Origin: Candidatus Bathyarchaeia archaeon
GTDB taxonomy: Archaea; Thermoproteota; Bathyarchaeia; Bathyarchaeales; Bathycorpusculaceae
Length of the DNA stretch: 31,363 bases
Assembly: GCA_049512075.1 (NCBI GenBank)
Contig: JBEKXL010000024.1
Span: forward strand, 1-31,363
Direction of reading: 5' to 3'
The notes beneath the pieces are model-generated. The model made no database searches and was not told the origin of the DNA. It saw only the letters and a program-made list of their open reading frames with translations. Positions within the stretch are counted from its first letter, which is position 1; each line of letters opens with the position of its first letter. This document shows, one piece after another, positions 1-8,976 of the stretch. The position numbers were made by a program, and so were the translations under genes.

Positions 1-100
1 CAGCCTGGTATGCCCTTGATGGGGCCGAAGAACGTCCGGTTCGCAAGGCATTGCCCGAGCAACCGGAAGGTCGCGGGTCCGAATCCCGCCCGGTCCACCA
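1..100 (+). tRNA. tRNA-Ala(CGC), 5' end outside window, with two introns (12-29 in the D-loop region; 46-61 at canonical 37/38)
   Basis: Anticodon stem TCCGG(35-39)/CCGGA(63-67), anticodon CGC 42-44, T-arm GCGGG-TCCGAAT-CCCGC, acceptor 3' strand CCGGTCC-A-CCA with U70 as in Ala. Both inserts fold as bulge-helix-bulge motifs. Confidence 0.9.
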
Positions 101-187
101 CAAATTTCGAGCGGGTCCCTCTTTCCGCGTCCTGACCTGTTCCTAGGTTCAAATCCGCCGGTATTAGCACTCAATTGAGTGCGCGTC

Positions 188-622
188 CTCACTCACTGGC
201 ATGCGAACTTCAAAGAAGGCAACGAGCTGACCATGGACATTTACCTGCTTCGGCTGACCAGATACTGTGAGGAGTTCGGTACCACGCCGCAAGCCTTAGC
301 GGCGAAGAACAGCAGGACGCGTACAAGCTGCTTGTGAATGCTGTCCAAGGCTTCCGCGAGAGACATTGTGGCATAGAGGCTGAGGCTTCTAACATTCCCG
401 TCCGACCCACAGGAGCTTGTGTCGCGCGACACAATAACGCCTAGCCACGCTGAACTACTGGCAAAACTCGTGGATCAGCCATCGGAACTAGAGGATGCCA
501 TCGCAAAGGTTGCCCAAGGCAAGTTGACAACCAGGGAAACAGCAAACCTCGTCGCACCACTCGTCGAGATGCAAGACCTTCACAGGCGGGCCCTGGACTA
601 CTTGACGAACGAAGAACGTTGA
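188..622 (+). pseudogene. Decayed N-terminal part of a tyrosine integrase (frameshifted, truncated)
   Basis: Reading across frames gives WHANFKEGNELTMDIYLLRLTRYCEEFGTTPQALAAK / DAYKLLVNAVQGFRER / SRDTITPSHAELLAKLVD. This resembles the core-binding domain and the VPTxEEL linker of archaeal tRNA-targeting integrases. It lies directly downstream of the tRNA. Confidence 0.55.
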
Positions 623-713
623 ACGCATGATTATCGACACGATACCTGCGGAACCCAGCGTCTCGACGCTCAGCATGACCAGGATTATCTCCGATTGGAT
701 GCCTTACCATACC

Positions 714-1526
714 CTAGACTTCTCTCCATCTTGCCTTGCTTCTCGCCACAATGAGTAACGCCACAGTCACTGCAAGTAGAATGGTCCAGTCAAGGGCCAT
801 AGCAGTAGATGAAAGGTGCAGGTACCCGGCAGCATTCTGAGCTAGCTCAGCCGCGTAGGTGGTCGGAGACAGGTAAGCTAGGTATCTGTATGGAAGCGGA
901 ATGTAAGTGATCGGATAGTAAACAGGCGGTATGGTCGAGAAAAGTGTCGAAATGAGCCTCGAAAACGCAAAGCTCTGCACTATGTCGGAGGAGAATGTTG
1001 AAAGCGTGAAACCGATCGCGACTGAGGTGACGAACATCAAGAGAAGGACCATGATAAGCGAGAAGATGCCAGTGGCGCTGAGCTCCATGAAGTAATACGC
1101 AAGTACGCCGAGCACGACGAGGGCTGGAAAAGAATAGACGATCTCGGAAAGGGCCATTCCAAGCATGTAGGTCATCCAATTCGTGGGGGAACTGACTACC
1201 ATATCCTGGAGCTTGAAATCATTCTTCAAGTGTGAAAGATCTGCCTGCAGCGCCACACCGGCCGAGAACATGCTCATGATGAATCCGCCCTCCACGGCCT
1301 CTCCTATCAGGCTCCCGTGGCTCACGAAGACGATCACAAGCAAGAACGACAGGGGAGAAAGAACGGTGTTGATCAGGACTATCGGATAGTTCCTCATCTC
1401 ATACACAGAATTGACTAGTATAGCAGCGAGGATCTGGCTAGACCTGCTCCTCTTGTGCACTAGCGTCTTTGGGTTCAACAATTCATTTTTCGCCTTTTCG
1501 GCTTGCAAGGTAAAAGAATATGTCAT
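714..1526 (-). CDS. ABC-2 type transporter permease
   Basis: About six hydrophobic segments, PPVYYPITYIP and LSPTTYAAE motifs typical of ABC-2 permeases, and downstream of an ABC ATPase. True start is probably near 1480. Confidence 0.9.
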   Translation of the reverse strand: MTYSFTLQAEKAKNELLNPKTLVHKRSRSSQILAAILVNSVYEMRNYPIVLINTVLSPLSFLLVIVFVSHGSLIGEAVEGGFIMSMFSAGVALQADLSHLKNDFKLQDMVVSSPTNWMTYMLGMALSEIVYSFPALVVLGVLAYYFMELSATGIFSLIMVLLLMFVTSVAIGFTLSTFSSDIVQSFAFSRLISTLFSTIPPVYYPITYIPLPYRYLAYLSPTTYAAELAQNAAGYLHLSSTAMALDWTILLAVTVALLIVARSKARWREV

Positions 1527-2475
1527 CGAGCGAAAGCGGATTGATCGTGAACTTGAAACCGCCCTTCGACAGCTCTCTTGAGAGCCTGAACGCCTCTTCC
1601 TCGACCGTGAGAACTCTGATGTTGCCTTCCATCCCAGTTATCACCTCGCCTTTTTCCAACGGCGGAAGAGAAGTCGGAGAGCCTGTCAGGAGTCTTATAC
1701 TGTAGTTGTAATTCACGCTCTTCCGCAGTTCTTCGAGTGTTCCTATGCGGATGAGGCGCCCCTGATCCAATATGCCGATATTGTCCGCGAGTTCTTCTGC
1801 CTCTTCAAGGTAGTGGGTCGTAAGAAACGTGAAACGCTCTTTTCCGATCTCTTTGAGCGTTTGCCAAAACTCTCTTCTTGAAATAGGGTCTAGCCCAGTG
1901 GTCGGCTCGTCTAAGAAAACCACTTCCGCTTCCGAAGAGAGAACCGTGGCGACCAAGACTTTCCTTCTCATTCCGCCGGAGAGCGAACGATTCATGGCAT
2001 TGACTGAGTCGCCCAGCCCGAGCGCCTCGAGCGCCCGCAACGCTCTCCGCTTTGCCTCACCGTAGCCGAACCCTCTCCAGAGAAGATATGCCAACACAGT
2101 TTGCATGGGCGTCATCCATGGTATCGGCCTGGCTTCCTGCGGCACGATGGCGATCTTCTCTCTCAGTCTACCTGGTTCCTTCACGACATCTAGGCCGTTT
2201 ACCGTGGCCGTTCCAGACGTAGGCTCAAGCTCCGTTGCCAAGATTCGCACGAGCGTAGTCTTTCCGGAGCCGTTCCTGCCTATCAGCACGAATATGCCCC
2301 GTGAGGGCAAAGAGAAACTTACCGAGTCGAGCGCCTTGCTTCTACTATTGCCGTAGATTTTGGTCAGGTGACTACAGACGACCTGCCGAGCGCTCTCTTC
2401 CACTCTCTCACCCAATCCAACCATGAAATTCCTGAACGGTATAATATGCTGACTTCTTTCGTTGAATCCCAACAC
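1483..2475 (-). CDS. ABC transporter ATP-binding protein (multidrug/ABC-2 type)
   Basis: Walker A GRNGSGKTT, signature LSGGMRRK, Walker B VVFLDEPTTGLD, H-loop TTHYLEEAE. Start may be about 17 codons downstream. Confidence 0.95.
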   Translation of the reverse strand: MLGFNERSQHIIPFRNFMVGLGERVEESARQVVCSHLTKIYGNSRSKALDSVSFSLPSRGIFVLIGRNGSGKTTLVRILATELEPTSGTATVNGLDVVKEPGRLREKIAIVPQEARPIPWMTPMQTVLAYLLWRGFGYGEAKRRALRALEALGLGDSVNAMNRSLSGGMRRKVLVATVLSSEAEVVFLDEPTTGLDPISRREFWQTLKEIGKERFTFLTTHYLEEAEELADNIGILDQGRLIRIGTLEELRKSVNYNYSIRLLTGSPTSLPPLEKGEVITGMEGNIRVLTVEEEAFRLSRELSKGGFKFTINPLSLDDIFFYLASRKGEK

Positions 2476-2677
2476 TTCTGTCGATCAGAGAGTAGAGGGC
2501 CATGAATAGAAACATGAGAAAGATTACGATCCCTTTTCACCTATCCGTTTCCGAGGACGATCGTAGTAGCTTGCTGCTAGACCCACTGTCAGCGCATATC
2601 GCAACCCGCTTTGATTGAGGCTTCTTTTACCCTTCTAACGGCCCTTCATGGCCCAGACTTGGCGGTTGCCTTACGAT

Positions 2678-3160
2678 CTACTCAACTTGATAGTGATTGT
2701 CTTTGAAGTCCTTTAGCATTCTCCTATAGTTTGAGCCGAGGCGCGTTGGCAAGTCGTTGAGCTGTCGCCATGCATACCTTGCCAGTTCCTTCGTCGGCCG
2801 CGGTTCCTGCCGGAAGGCCACGCATGTGGAAAGGCAGATGCTCACGTCCGATCTGCGGCTGAAGTTGACTGGGTACACTCCGACGAGGTCATAGTCGCTG
2901 CTTGGGCGTAAGCCTATCTCTGTCATCTGGCGATCCGCGGTGTCGCGTAGCGATTCCCCCTTGATGATTCGCCCGCCGGGAAGCGCCCAGCAGTCATTGT
3001 ACGGGTAGATCTTCCGGTAACCCAACAACACGCGAACGTCATCATTGAATCGCTTGTGGATTATGATGTCTACGCATGGGATCGGCGTGCTCGCCAATAC
3101 GCGCTTCCACAGCGAGTCTGGGATGTCTTTTCTTCTCTTTACACGACCTTTTCTATTCAT
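2678..3160 (-). CDS. Nudix hydrolase (GDP-mannose mannosyl hydrolase-like variant box)
   Basis: PIPCVDIII...WALPGGRIIKGESLRDTADRQMTEIGL is a modified Nudix box. Confidence 0.85.
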   Translation of the reverse strand: MNRKGRVKRRKDIPDSLWKRVLASTPIPCVDIIIHKRFNDDVRVLLGYRKIYPYNDCWALPGGRIIKGESLRDTADRQMTEIGLRPSSDYDLVGVYPVNFSRRSDVSICLSTCVAFRQEPRPTKELARYAWRQLNDLPTRLGSNYRRMLKDFKDNHYQVE

Positions 3161-3514
3161 CCTTCAACACATCGCCGTGTTTCAGCAATCGTTTCTAGAG
3201 TAGGGCCTAGCGAGAAAGCTTTTCGAGCGACACTGCCCCTGTTGAAGCCTTTGGCTTCCTTCATCATGCACCTGAGATCAAGGGCAGAGATCGTCAGGTT
3301 AGCCATACGTGGATCCGCCAACGCGAATGGCTACCCCGATATTCATAAGCGCACCACCTCTCTCGTTGACGGAGGGATTCCCCCAGACACAGCCACGGAA
3401 AAAAACCGGTGGAAACCCCATGAATAGGCCCGGAAGTTCAAACGAAGGTCAAGAACAAACCGAACGGTAGGCGCAAACTCCCGTTTTGCGCCCTCAAGAC
3501 GCCGGGCGAAGTCA

Positions 3515-3556
3515 TGGTGGGGTCGGTGGGATACGACCCTATGATATCGTGGGTTC
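3515..3556 (-). other. att-like site: degenerate tRNA 3'-end fragment with adjoining dyad symmetry
   Basis: The minus strand reads ATCATAGGGTCGTATCCCACCGACCCCACCA (T-arm remnant, acceptor strand, CCA). An imperfect palindrome at 3535-3556 is centred on GATATC, about 50 bp upstream of the integrase. Confidence 0.6.
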
Positions 3557-3603
3557 AATAACCTTTTAACTCGCCCTCTACGCTCCTATAGCCGGTTGCA
3601 CCA

Positions 3604-5019
3604 TTGCCGTACAGGTTTGATAGTCTGTTAGCGAAGTGCGATGAGAAGTGTGTGCAGGACTGGATTACGAGCCTCAACCCGAAATCGAAGAGTTACGCAC
3701 ACTACTTCCTCAAATACCGTCAGTATGTGCTTCAGAACGAGCTCTGGCCCTCGGCTCAAGCCATGTTAGACGACCACATCAAATCCCTAGAAGCAGACGA
3801 CAAGAAGACACAGTACAAGCATCTCGATATCATAATTCCATACGTCACAGGAAAACGCACAGCAAACGGTAACGCAGCAGGGATCAGCGACAAGCGCAAC
3901 ACGTGGTTTGCCATCAGAAGGTTCTATGAACATCACAGGTGCTCGCTGCAACCCCTTCGTGTAACCGATCGTGACAAGATGTTTGCTCACAGTGAGCTGG
4001 ATGATGATCGGGTCACTGAAGAGAGACCTTTGACTCTGGAAGAAGTTCACAAACTGATTATGAATTCTCCGCTGCCATACAGTGCGGCGCTGCTTGTGAT
4101 GCTACAGGGCAGCATGGCTGAGGAAGAGTTCACTCAATTCAATCGAGGGGCATGGAAACAGATTCTTGACAGGTTAGACCGACCGGGCCCGATCGAAATT
4201 CACCTATTCCGCTCCAAGACTAGTCGTGGCAGTCGTGGTAAGCTGCAAGCGTACATCTGCTTCATATCTGAAGATGCAAGGAACGCGATCAAAGATTGGC
4301 TCAAGATTCGACCCAAAGCAGCAACAAGCTCCGACCTATTCGTAACTTGGAGAAAAGGGGGCGGACGCTCACACCACATAGGTGCCTGGGTACCCATTAC
4401 CGCAGACCTGATTGGAAAGAACATAACCAAAGTTGCACTGAGAACCGGACTGATCACCAAGGGCAATAACGGAGCAGCCAATCGCTACCATATCCACGGC
4501 CACGAATTCAGAGACCTCTTCAGAACCCTATGCGACTTGCATGGCGTGAAGCATGTGGCAGCCGAATTCATGATGGGCCACTCAATCAGCAGCTACCGCA
4601 AAGCACACTTGTATGATGCAGAATTCTACCGGAAAGAATATCGCAAAGTTGAATCATTTCTGAACATCATATCAAACCCGCCACAAGGAATGAAAAACAT
4701 TGAACTCATGAAACAAGAGACTGTGGAACTGGTCAACCGCACATTTCTGAAAGCACTCAACTACTCAGACAAGGAAATAAGGAAACTCGATCTGACACAT
4801 TTGACACAATACGATTTTCAAAAATTATCCAGAGCCAGGCTCCCAACCAAACGCCCCACTACGACCATTGAGCGCACTGCTACACAAATGAGAAGAACGA
4901 GTGACCAACCGGCCGACCCGATCAAGATTCTACAATTGCGCCTCGCAAGAGGTGATGTAAGCCCGGAAGAATACAAGCAACGAATAGATCTAATCAAGGG
5001 GGCTATTCGTTCCCAATGA
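3604..5019 (+). CDS. Tyrosine recombinase/integrase with C-terminal SHOCT-like helix pair
   Basis: HGHEFRDLF (HxxR), FMMGH, downstream Tyr (SSYRKAHLY), RSK motif. C-terminal DPIKILQLRLARGDVSPEEYKQRIDLI. TATA-like TTTTAA about 35 bp upstream. Confidence 0.88.
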   Translation: MPYRFDSLLAKCDEKCVQDWITSLNPKSKSYAHYFLKYRQYVLQNELWPSAQAMLDDHIKSLEADDKKTQYKHLDIIIPYVTGKRTANGNAAGISDKRNTWFAIRRFYEHHRCSLQPLRVTDRDKMFAHSELDDDRVTEERPLTLEEVHKLIMNSPLPYSAALLVMLQGSMAEEEFTQFNRGAWKQILDRLDRPGPIEIHLFRSKTSRGSRGKLQAYICFISEDARNAIKDWLKIRPKAATSSDLFVTWRKGGGRSHHIGAWVPITADLIGKNITKVALRTGLITKGNNGAANRYHIHGHEFRDLFRTLCDLHGVKHVAAEFMMGHSISSYRKAHLYDAEFYRKEYRKVESFLNIISNPPQGMKNIELMKQETVELVNRTFLKALNYSDKEIRKLDLTHLTQYDFQKLSRARLPTKRPTTTIERTATQMRRTSDQPADPIKILQLRLARGDVSPEEYKQRIDLIKGAIRSQ

Positions 5020-5153
5020 GCCTCAGCTCAAGTGCCGAAACCGCAGCGGTAACAACGAACTGTAACCTCAGAAGAAGAACGAATTCCGCCTGGCAAATTG
5101 GAATTTCGTTAGAGCTGCCGACAGGTGAATGGGCGGTAGAGATCATCCGCCAC

Positions 5154-5336
5154 TTAGGTTCCTGATTCGTGCACGGCCGCAACGACCAGTTCCCAAAACA
5201 GTTCCACCTTGGCGCAGTTCTCAGTATTCCACTCTAAAGAATCGGGCGTGTCCAAAAGCGTCTTTAACACGCTGCTGCTTTCTGGCAAGCGTTCACGAGC
5301 CAGCTTCTTGATTTCAACTAGACTGATCTTTGGCAA
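5154..5336 (-). CDS. Small hypothetical protein
   Basis: 60-aa ORF with protein-like composition, co-oriented in a tight minus-strand cluster. Confidence 0.5.
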   Translation of the reverse strand: MPKISLVEIKKLARERLPESSSVLKTLLDTPDSLEWNTENCAKVELFWELVVAAVHESGT

Positions 5337-5353
5337 ACTGGCTCAACCCTAGA

Positions 5354-5584
5354 TCAGAGCGGCTCGTCGAAGCGGTGTATGCGAGGAGGATTTTTCAGAA
5401 GCCAGTCGATCTTTTTTGCCTCCTCGGTTTTCGCATGCAATAGTTCCCTGATCTTGGCTGGGTCAATCGTCGACAGGTCCCCTAGGGCGCTGATTTCATA
5501 GCCACTGTAGCCTACTGCCATCAAGAATTTCTCAGCAAACTCACCCAGAAGCTCACGTTTACGTGACTCCGTGCGCTCAGACAT
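5354..5584 (-). CDS. Small hypothetical protein
   Basis: 76-aa ATG ORF. The segment FLMAVGYSGYEISALGDLSTID resembles FLKALNYSDKEIRKLDLTHLT in the integrase C-terminal region. Confidence 0.6.
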   Translation of the reverse strand: MSERTESRKRELLGEFAEKFLMAVGYSGYEISALGDLSTIDPAKIRELLHAKTEEAKKIDWLLKNPPRIHRFDEPL

Positions 5585-5908
5585 TCAGAATCTCTCTTGT
5601 CCAGATTTCTGCATTCGTCATAATGAGCCTTTCTTTCATCCAATTCAATGGGTACCTGAGAGAATCCTGCGGACTTGGCAAGAATGGTTGAGGCTGCTGC
5701 AACAGCGTGATAGGTTTGTGGAGGCGGCAGATATGACGGATTCCAGAGTCTCACTTCGTTTTCTGTAGCGTAGAAGCCAGGGTGCTATGTGTCTTTAGAC
5801 CTTCTGATCTGGCCTCGACTCGTGGTTTCTTGGGCGTTGCTCTTGGGGGCGGTGGCGAACGAGAGGGGGGTTTACTGTTACAGGCCGGTTTGTGACCTGT
5901 GAAAGGAG

Positions 5909-6169
5909 GTGAAAGAAGGAATGAATCAAACGATGCGACACAGATTTTCTATCCCGAAAATCCCTGACATTTTCGTAGCAGACATGCTTCATTATCTAGC
6001 TGAAAAGTACAATGCTCCTCAATGTGCAAGCTTGAAGGTCAAAGTAGCGCACTGTCGAACACAAGAGGGCTGGATCGGGTTGTGGTCTCTTGCGAAACAT
6101 ACGGCGGATAGGAAGAGGCTTGCAGAGGAATACAAAGAGCCACCCGAGGTTAGTTTCGACAGCTGGTAG
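5909..6169 (+). CDS. Hypothetical protein
   Basis: GGAGGTGA SD at about 5906-5913 before ATG 5921. Confidence 0.6.
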   Translation: MKEGMNQTMRHRFSIPKIPDIFVADMLHYLAEKYNAPQCASLKVKVAHCRTQEGWIGLWSLAKHTADRKRLAEEYKEPPEVSFDSW

Positions 6170-6192
6170 TAAATGCTCTTCTCTTTCAGGGT

Positions 6193-6546
6193 GTGAAGCG
6201 AAACATCAACACTAGTCAGATTGTTTCAGCTAGTGAGGATGAAAGGGAGAGGAGCATGGTCGAGTATGGTGTCAGTGCGGAACTGGCTGACGCTCTCTCA
6301 CAGTTTGATGCCGTCATTTTCGTCCACGACGACAATATGCTCGAAGCAATTGAGGCAGGAGAAGTCTTTCCGCTACACGGTCCGCTGACGCATGAGTGCA
6401 TTCACATTATCGAGGTTAGAACAGACCAACACCTCATCAGCGACTTTGATCACAAACAGTATCATGACACAGTTTCCTTGGCAGCACTTGAAGAATTCGT
6501 AGCAAGAATCGGGCGCGAGGAGTTTATGCGTCGCTACTTTCCCTGA
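6193..6546 (+). CDS. Small acidic protein with HExxH motif (putative zinc metallopeptidase-like)
   Basis: LTHECIHIIE motif. Co-oriented with flanking genes. Confidence 0.6.
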   Translation: MKRNINTSQIVSASEDERERSMVEYGVSAELADALSQFDAVIFVHDDNMLEAIEAGEVFPLHGPLTHECIHIIEVRTDQHLISDFDHKQYHDTVSLAALEEFVARIGREEFMRRYFP

Positions 6547-6782
6547 GAGCAAAACCGGACAGACCCAAACTGTTTCACGCTAATTTCTGAAACCGGAAGA
6601 GCAAACACAAGGTCAGCGTATGCTCTGACGGACGCTGTATAGAATTCTGCGACTGCTGGCCCCCACGACAACTAGGAGGTGATTGTGGGATTGATTGAGC
6701 CGACTCGGGATGCGGCTAGTAAAAGTCGCGTCCAGTATGACCGAACGAACGAAGAAGAAATGAAGATGGAGGTGAAAAAAGA

Positions 6783-7640
6783 TTGAATGGGAAGTTTTCA
6801 TCATACGAATTTGAGAACTTGGATGAGCTTCTGGCTGTGGCTGAGAGGTTGCCCCGTGCGGAAGTTGTTCCGCTGACGCGGCTCGCTGGAGCGCGCAGGT
6901 GGAGCAATAGTGGCGACTACAGAGCCATTTGTACTGGTGACCATATTTGGCAAGTCTCGGGCAAAAACTACACCGTTGTCCAGCACGCTGCACTCATCAA
7001 AGAAGTGGTCATCCAGCTGGCGCAGCTCGGCCTTGACAGCATCTGTGGTAGAGTTGACACTTGGAACGAAGAGGGGCGAATCTGGATAACTGCACTCTCG
7101 CCGCAAGAGTTCCAGCCGTTGGCTGGAGACACCTACCGTGACGGCGTACTCTTCGCAAACAGCTACGACAGCAGCACTGCAGTCAGCGCAGCCTACTACG
7201 CTTGGAGGAAGGTTTGCCAAAACGGCTTGCATGCTTGGACGAAGGAATTGGCGGCCAAAAAAATTCATGTTGGAAGCAGCAGCGTCCGCAACTGGGTTCG
7301 GCTCGCCATACGCCGGATCCGAGAACAAAGACCTGAGTTCGAGAAAATAGTCCAGAGAGCCGCAACGGAGAGACTCGAAGAAGACATCAGCATCGTCCTG
7401 AAACGGCTCGACATCGGCCCGAAGCTTTCAAGCAGAATAATCGAAAGGCTCGAACGAAACAGCGGCCCTACAAGGTACGACCTGGCAAACGCTCTGACCA
7501 GCTACGCTACGCACCAACTGGCAACCCAGCCACTTTCCCGGGAAAGGTACGAGGACGCGGCCCGAAGAGTTCTGGTCGCGCCCACCGTGCCTGCCATCCG
7601 TCGAAGCGAAACCGTGAGGCACAACTTGAGAAACATGTGA
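6783..7640 (+). CDS. DUF932/DUF945-family phage/plasmid protein
   Basis: VSGKNYTVVQH, FANSYDSS, RKVCQNGL, KIHVG and TRYDLANALTSYATH motifs. GGAGGTGA SD upstream. Confidence 0.85.
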   Translation: MNGKFSSYEFENLDELLAVAERLPRAEVVPLTRLAGARRWSNSGDYRAICTGDHIWQVSGKNYTVVQHAALIKEVVIQLAQLGLDSICGRVDTWNEEGRIWITALSPQEFQPLAGDTYRDGVLFANSYDSSTAVSAAYYAWRKVCQNGLHAWTKELAAKKIHVGSSSVRNWVRLAIRRIREQRPEFEKIVQRAATERLEEDISIVLKRLDIGPKLSSRIIERLERNSGPTRYDLANALTSYATHQLATQPLSRERYEDAARRVLVAPTVPAIRRSETVRHNLRNM

Positions 7641-8037
7641 GGAAAACCCGTGAGTGAAGATGCCTCGAGGAATACCCCTTTTTCTTAGGAAAATCCGCTC
7701 CTAGTAACTTCCTGCTGGACCATCCAGCCTGCTCGACACCAGAGGGGTTCAATCCCGAAATGTTACGGTATAGGCACTTTTGCCGAGAAACAGGCTCCGT
7801 GAACGGTTTAGTACACAACTGTCGAACCTATAGTATGCTGACGGCGATACCGCTCCAGGTCGTGCATGAGTGAGGCGTACTCGTCACTAGAGCATTGTTG
7901 TGTGAGTTGAACCCCGCTCGGAAGCTGTCTTGGAGCCATAACTGCCGCTCCAGTTTTCACTACCAACATTTATGTTGGCTTGTGAAGAGGGCTTCATCAG
8001 CCCTTTTTTTCGATGAGTGAACTTGTGTTCCGAGGCG

Positions 8038-8976
8038 CTACTGTAGCGTAGTCTGTCGTTGGACAGCATTTCGTATCTTCGTCGAGATGTCCGTGTCTGG
8101 TGGAAGATCACGCAACATTGGCTTCAGCACTTTCTCGGCAAACTCCTCAAAGAAGTCCTTGAACGAGTCCGGCTTTTCACCTATGAGACCTAAGCTTCCT
8201 GCTTTCTCCGATATTTGATGACGAGTGAAAAAGTCATTGATCGTTTCGTCGAACTTGGGGACTGTCCGAAGGCTGTCTACGAGGAAGGGGATGCTGTATG
8301 GATTCAGTTTGTGTTCGATATCCTCTCCCCCGACGGCTTTCAGACGTGCGATGCTGTCAGTAAGAAACCGACTCTGGGACTTGAGGGAAACTGCGTGCCA
8401 CAGGTCGAGATCTTCGGCTGATGCGACACCCAATGTGAAGTAGATTCCGCCTATTTGGTGGGCTTCGTCGTTGTACTCAGCAAATGATATCAGAAAGAAA
8501 TTCACCAAGCGTTCTTTTGTCACCTTGTCCCTATAGAGCAGATCAACAAGATCTCTGATATCACCCTCAGGAAAGACGTTCATCTCAACATCTCCGTACA
8601 CCCGGCGCCAATTGGGGTCGTTCGATATTGTCAGGTAGGCCGTCAGACTCATACCGTCGGCGACCCACATGCCCACGATTCTGATCACAGAGAAAAAGCG
8701 ATCAACGAACTCCTGACTCTGCAAGTATCTGGAAAGCTCGTCAGCGGCTTCCCTAGTCACAAACTCTCCATGTATCGGAAACTCCTTCAACAGTATTCCC
8801 TCAAGTTCTGGTAGTGGAGCGTATTTCCAGACGGCGATGCTTCTCGGCTTGAAGTGTGAACTGTAGAATCGAGAGATTTCTATGCCCAGTGAGACTCTGC
8901 TCTTAATATACTCCTCGATTCCAACATATTCTCGTTGAGCTTTCCTTCTTCTTTCTAGTACAACACAAAGTCCCAA
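8038..8976 (-). CDS. Hypothetical protein (312 aa), coupled to upstream nuclease-like gene
   Basis: Long ORF beginning immediately after the stop of 8977..9387. No family recognised. Confidence 0.75.
   Translation of the reverse strand: MGLCVVLERRRKAQREYVGIEEYIKSRVSLGIEISRFYSSHFKPRSIAVWKYAPLPELEGILLKEFPIHGEFVTREAADELSRYLQSQEFVDRFFSVIRIVGMWVADGMSLTAYLTISNDPNWRRVYGDVEMNVFPEGDIRDLVDLLYRDKVTKERLVNFFLISFAEYNDEAHQIGGIYFTLGVASAEDLDLWHAVSLKSQSRFLTDSIARLKAVGGEDIEHKLNPYSIPFLVDSLRTVPKFDETINDFFTRHQISEKAGSLGLIGEKPDSFKDFFEEFAEKVLKPMLRDLPPDTDISTKIRNAVQRQTTLQ

Noticed and set aside
5521-5754. Pyrimidine-dimer glycosylase-like N-terminus (MRLWNPSYL)
   Set aside because: Similarity is limited to a few residues, and the following conserved RE motif is missing.
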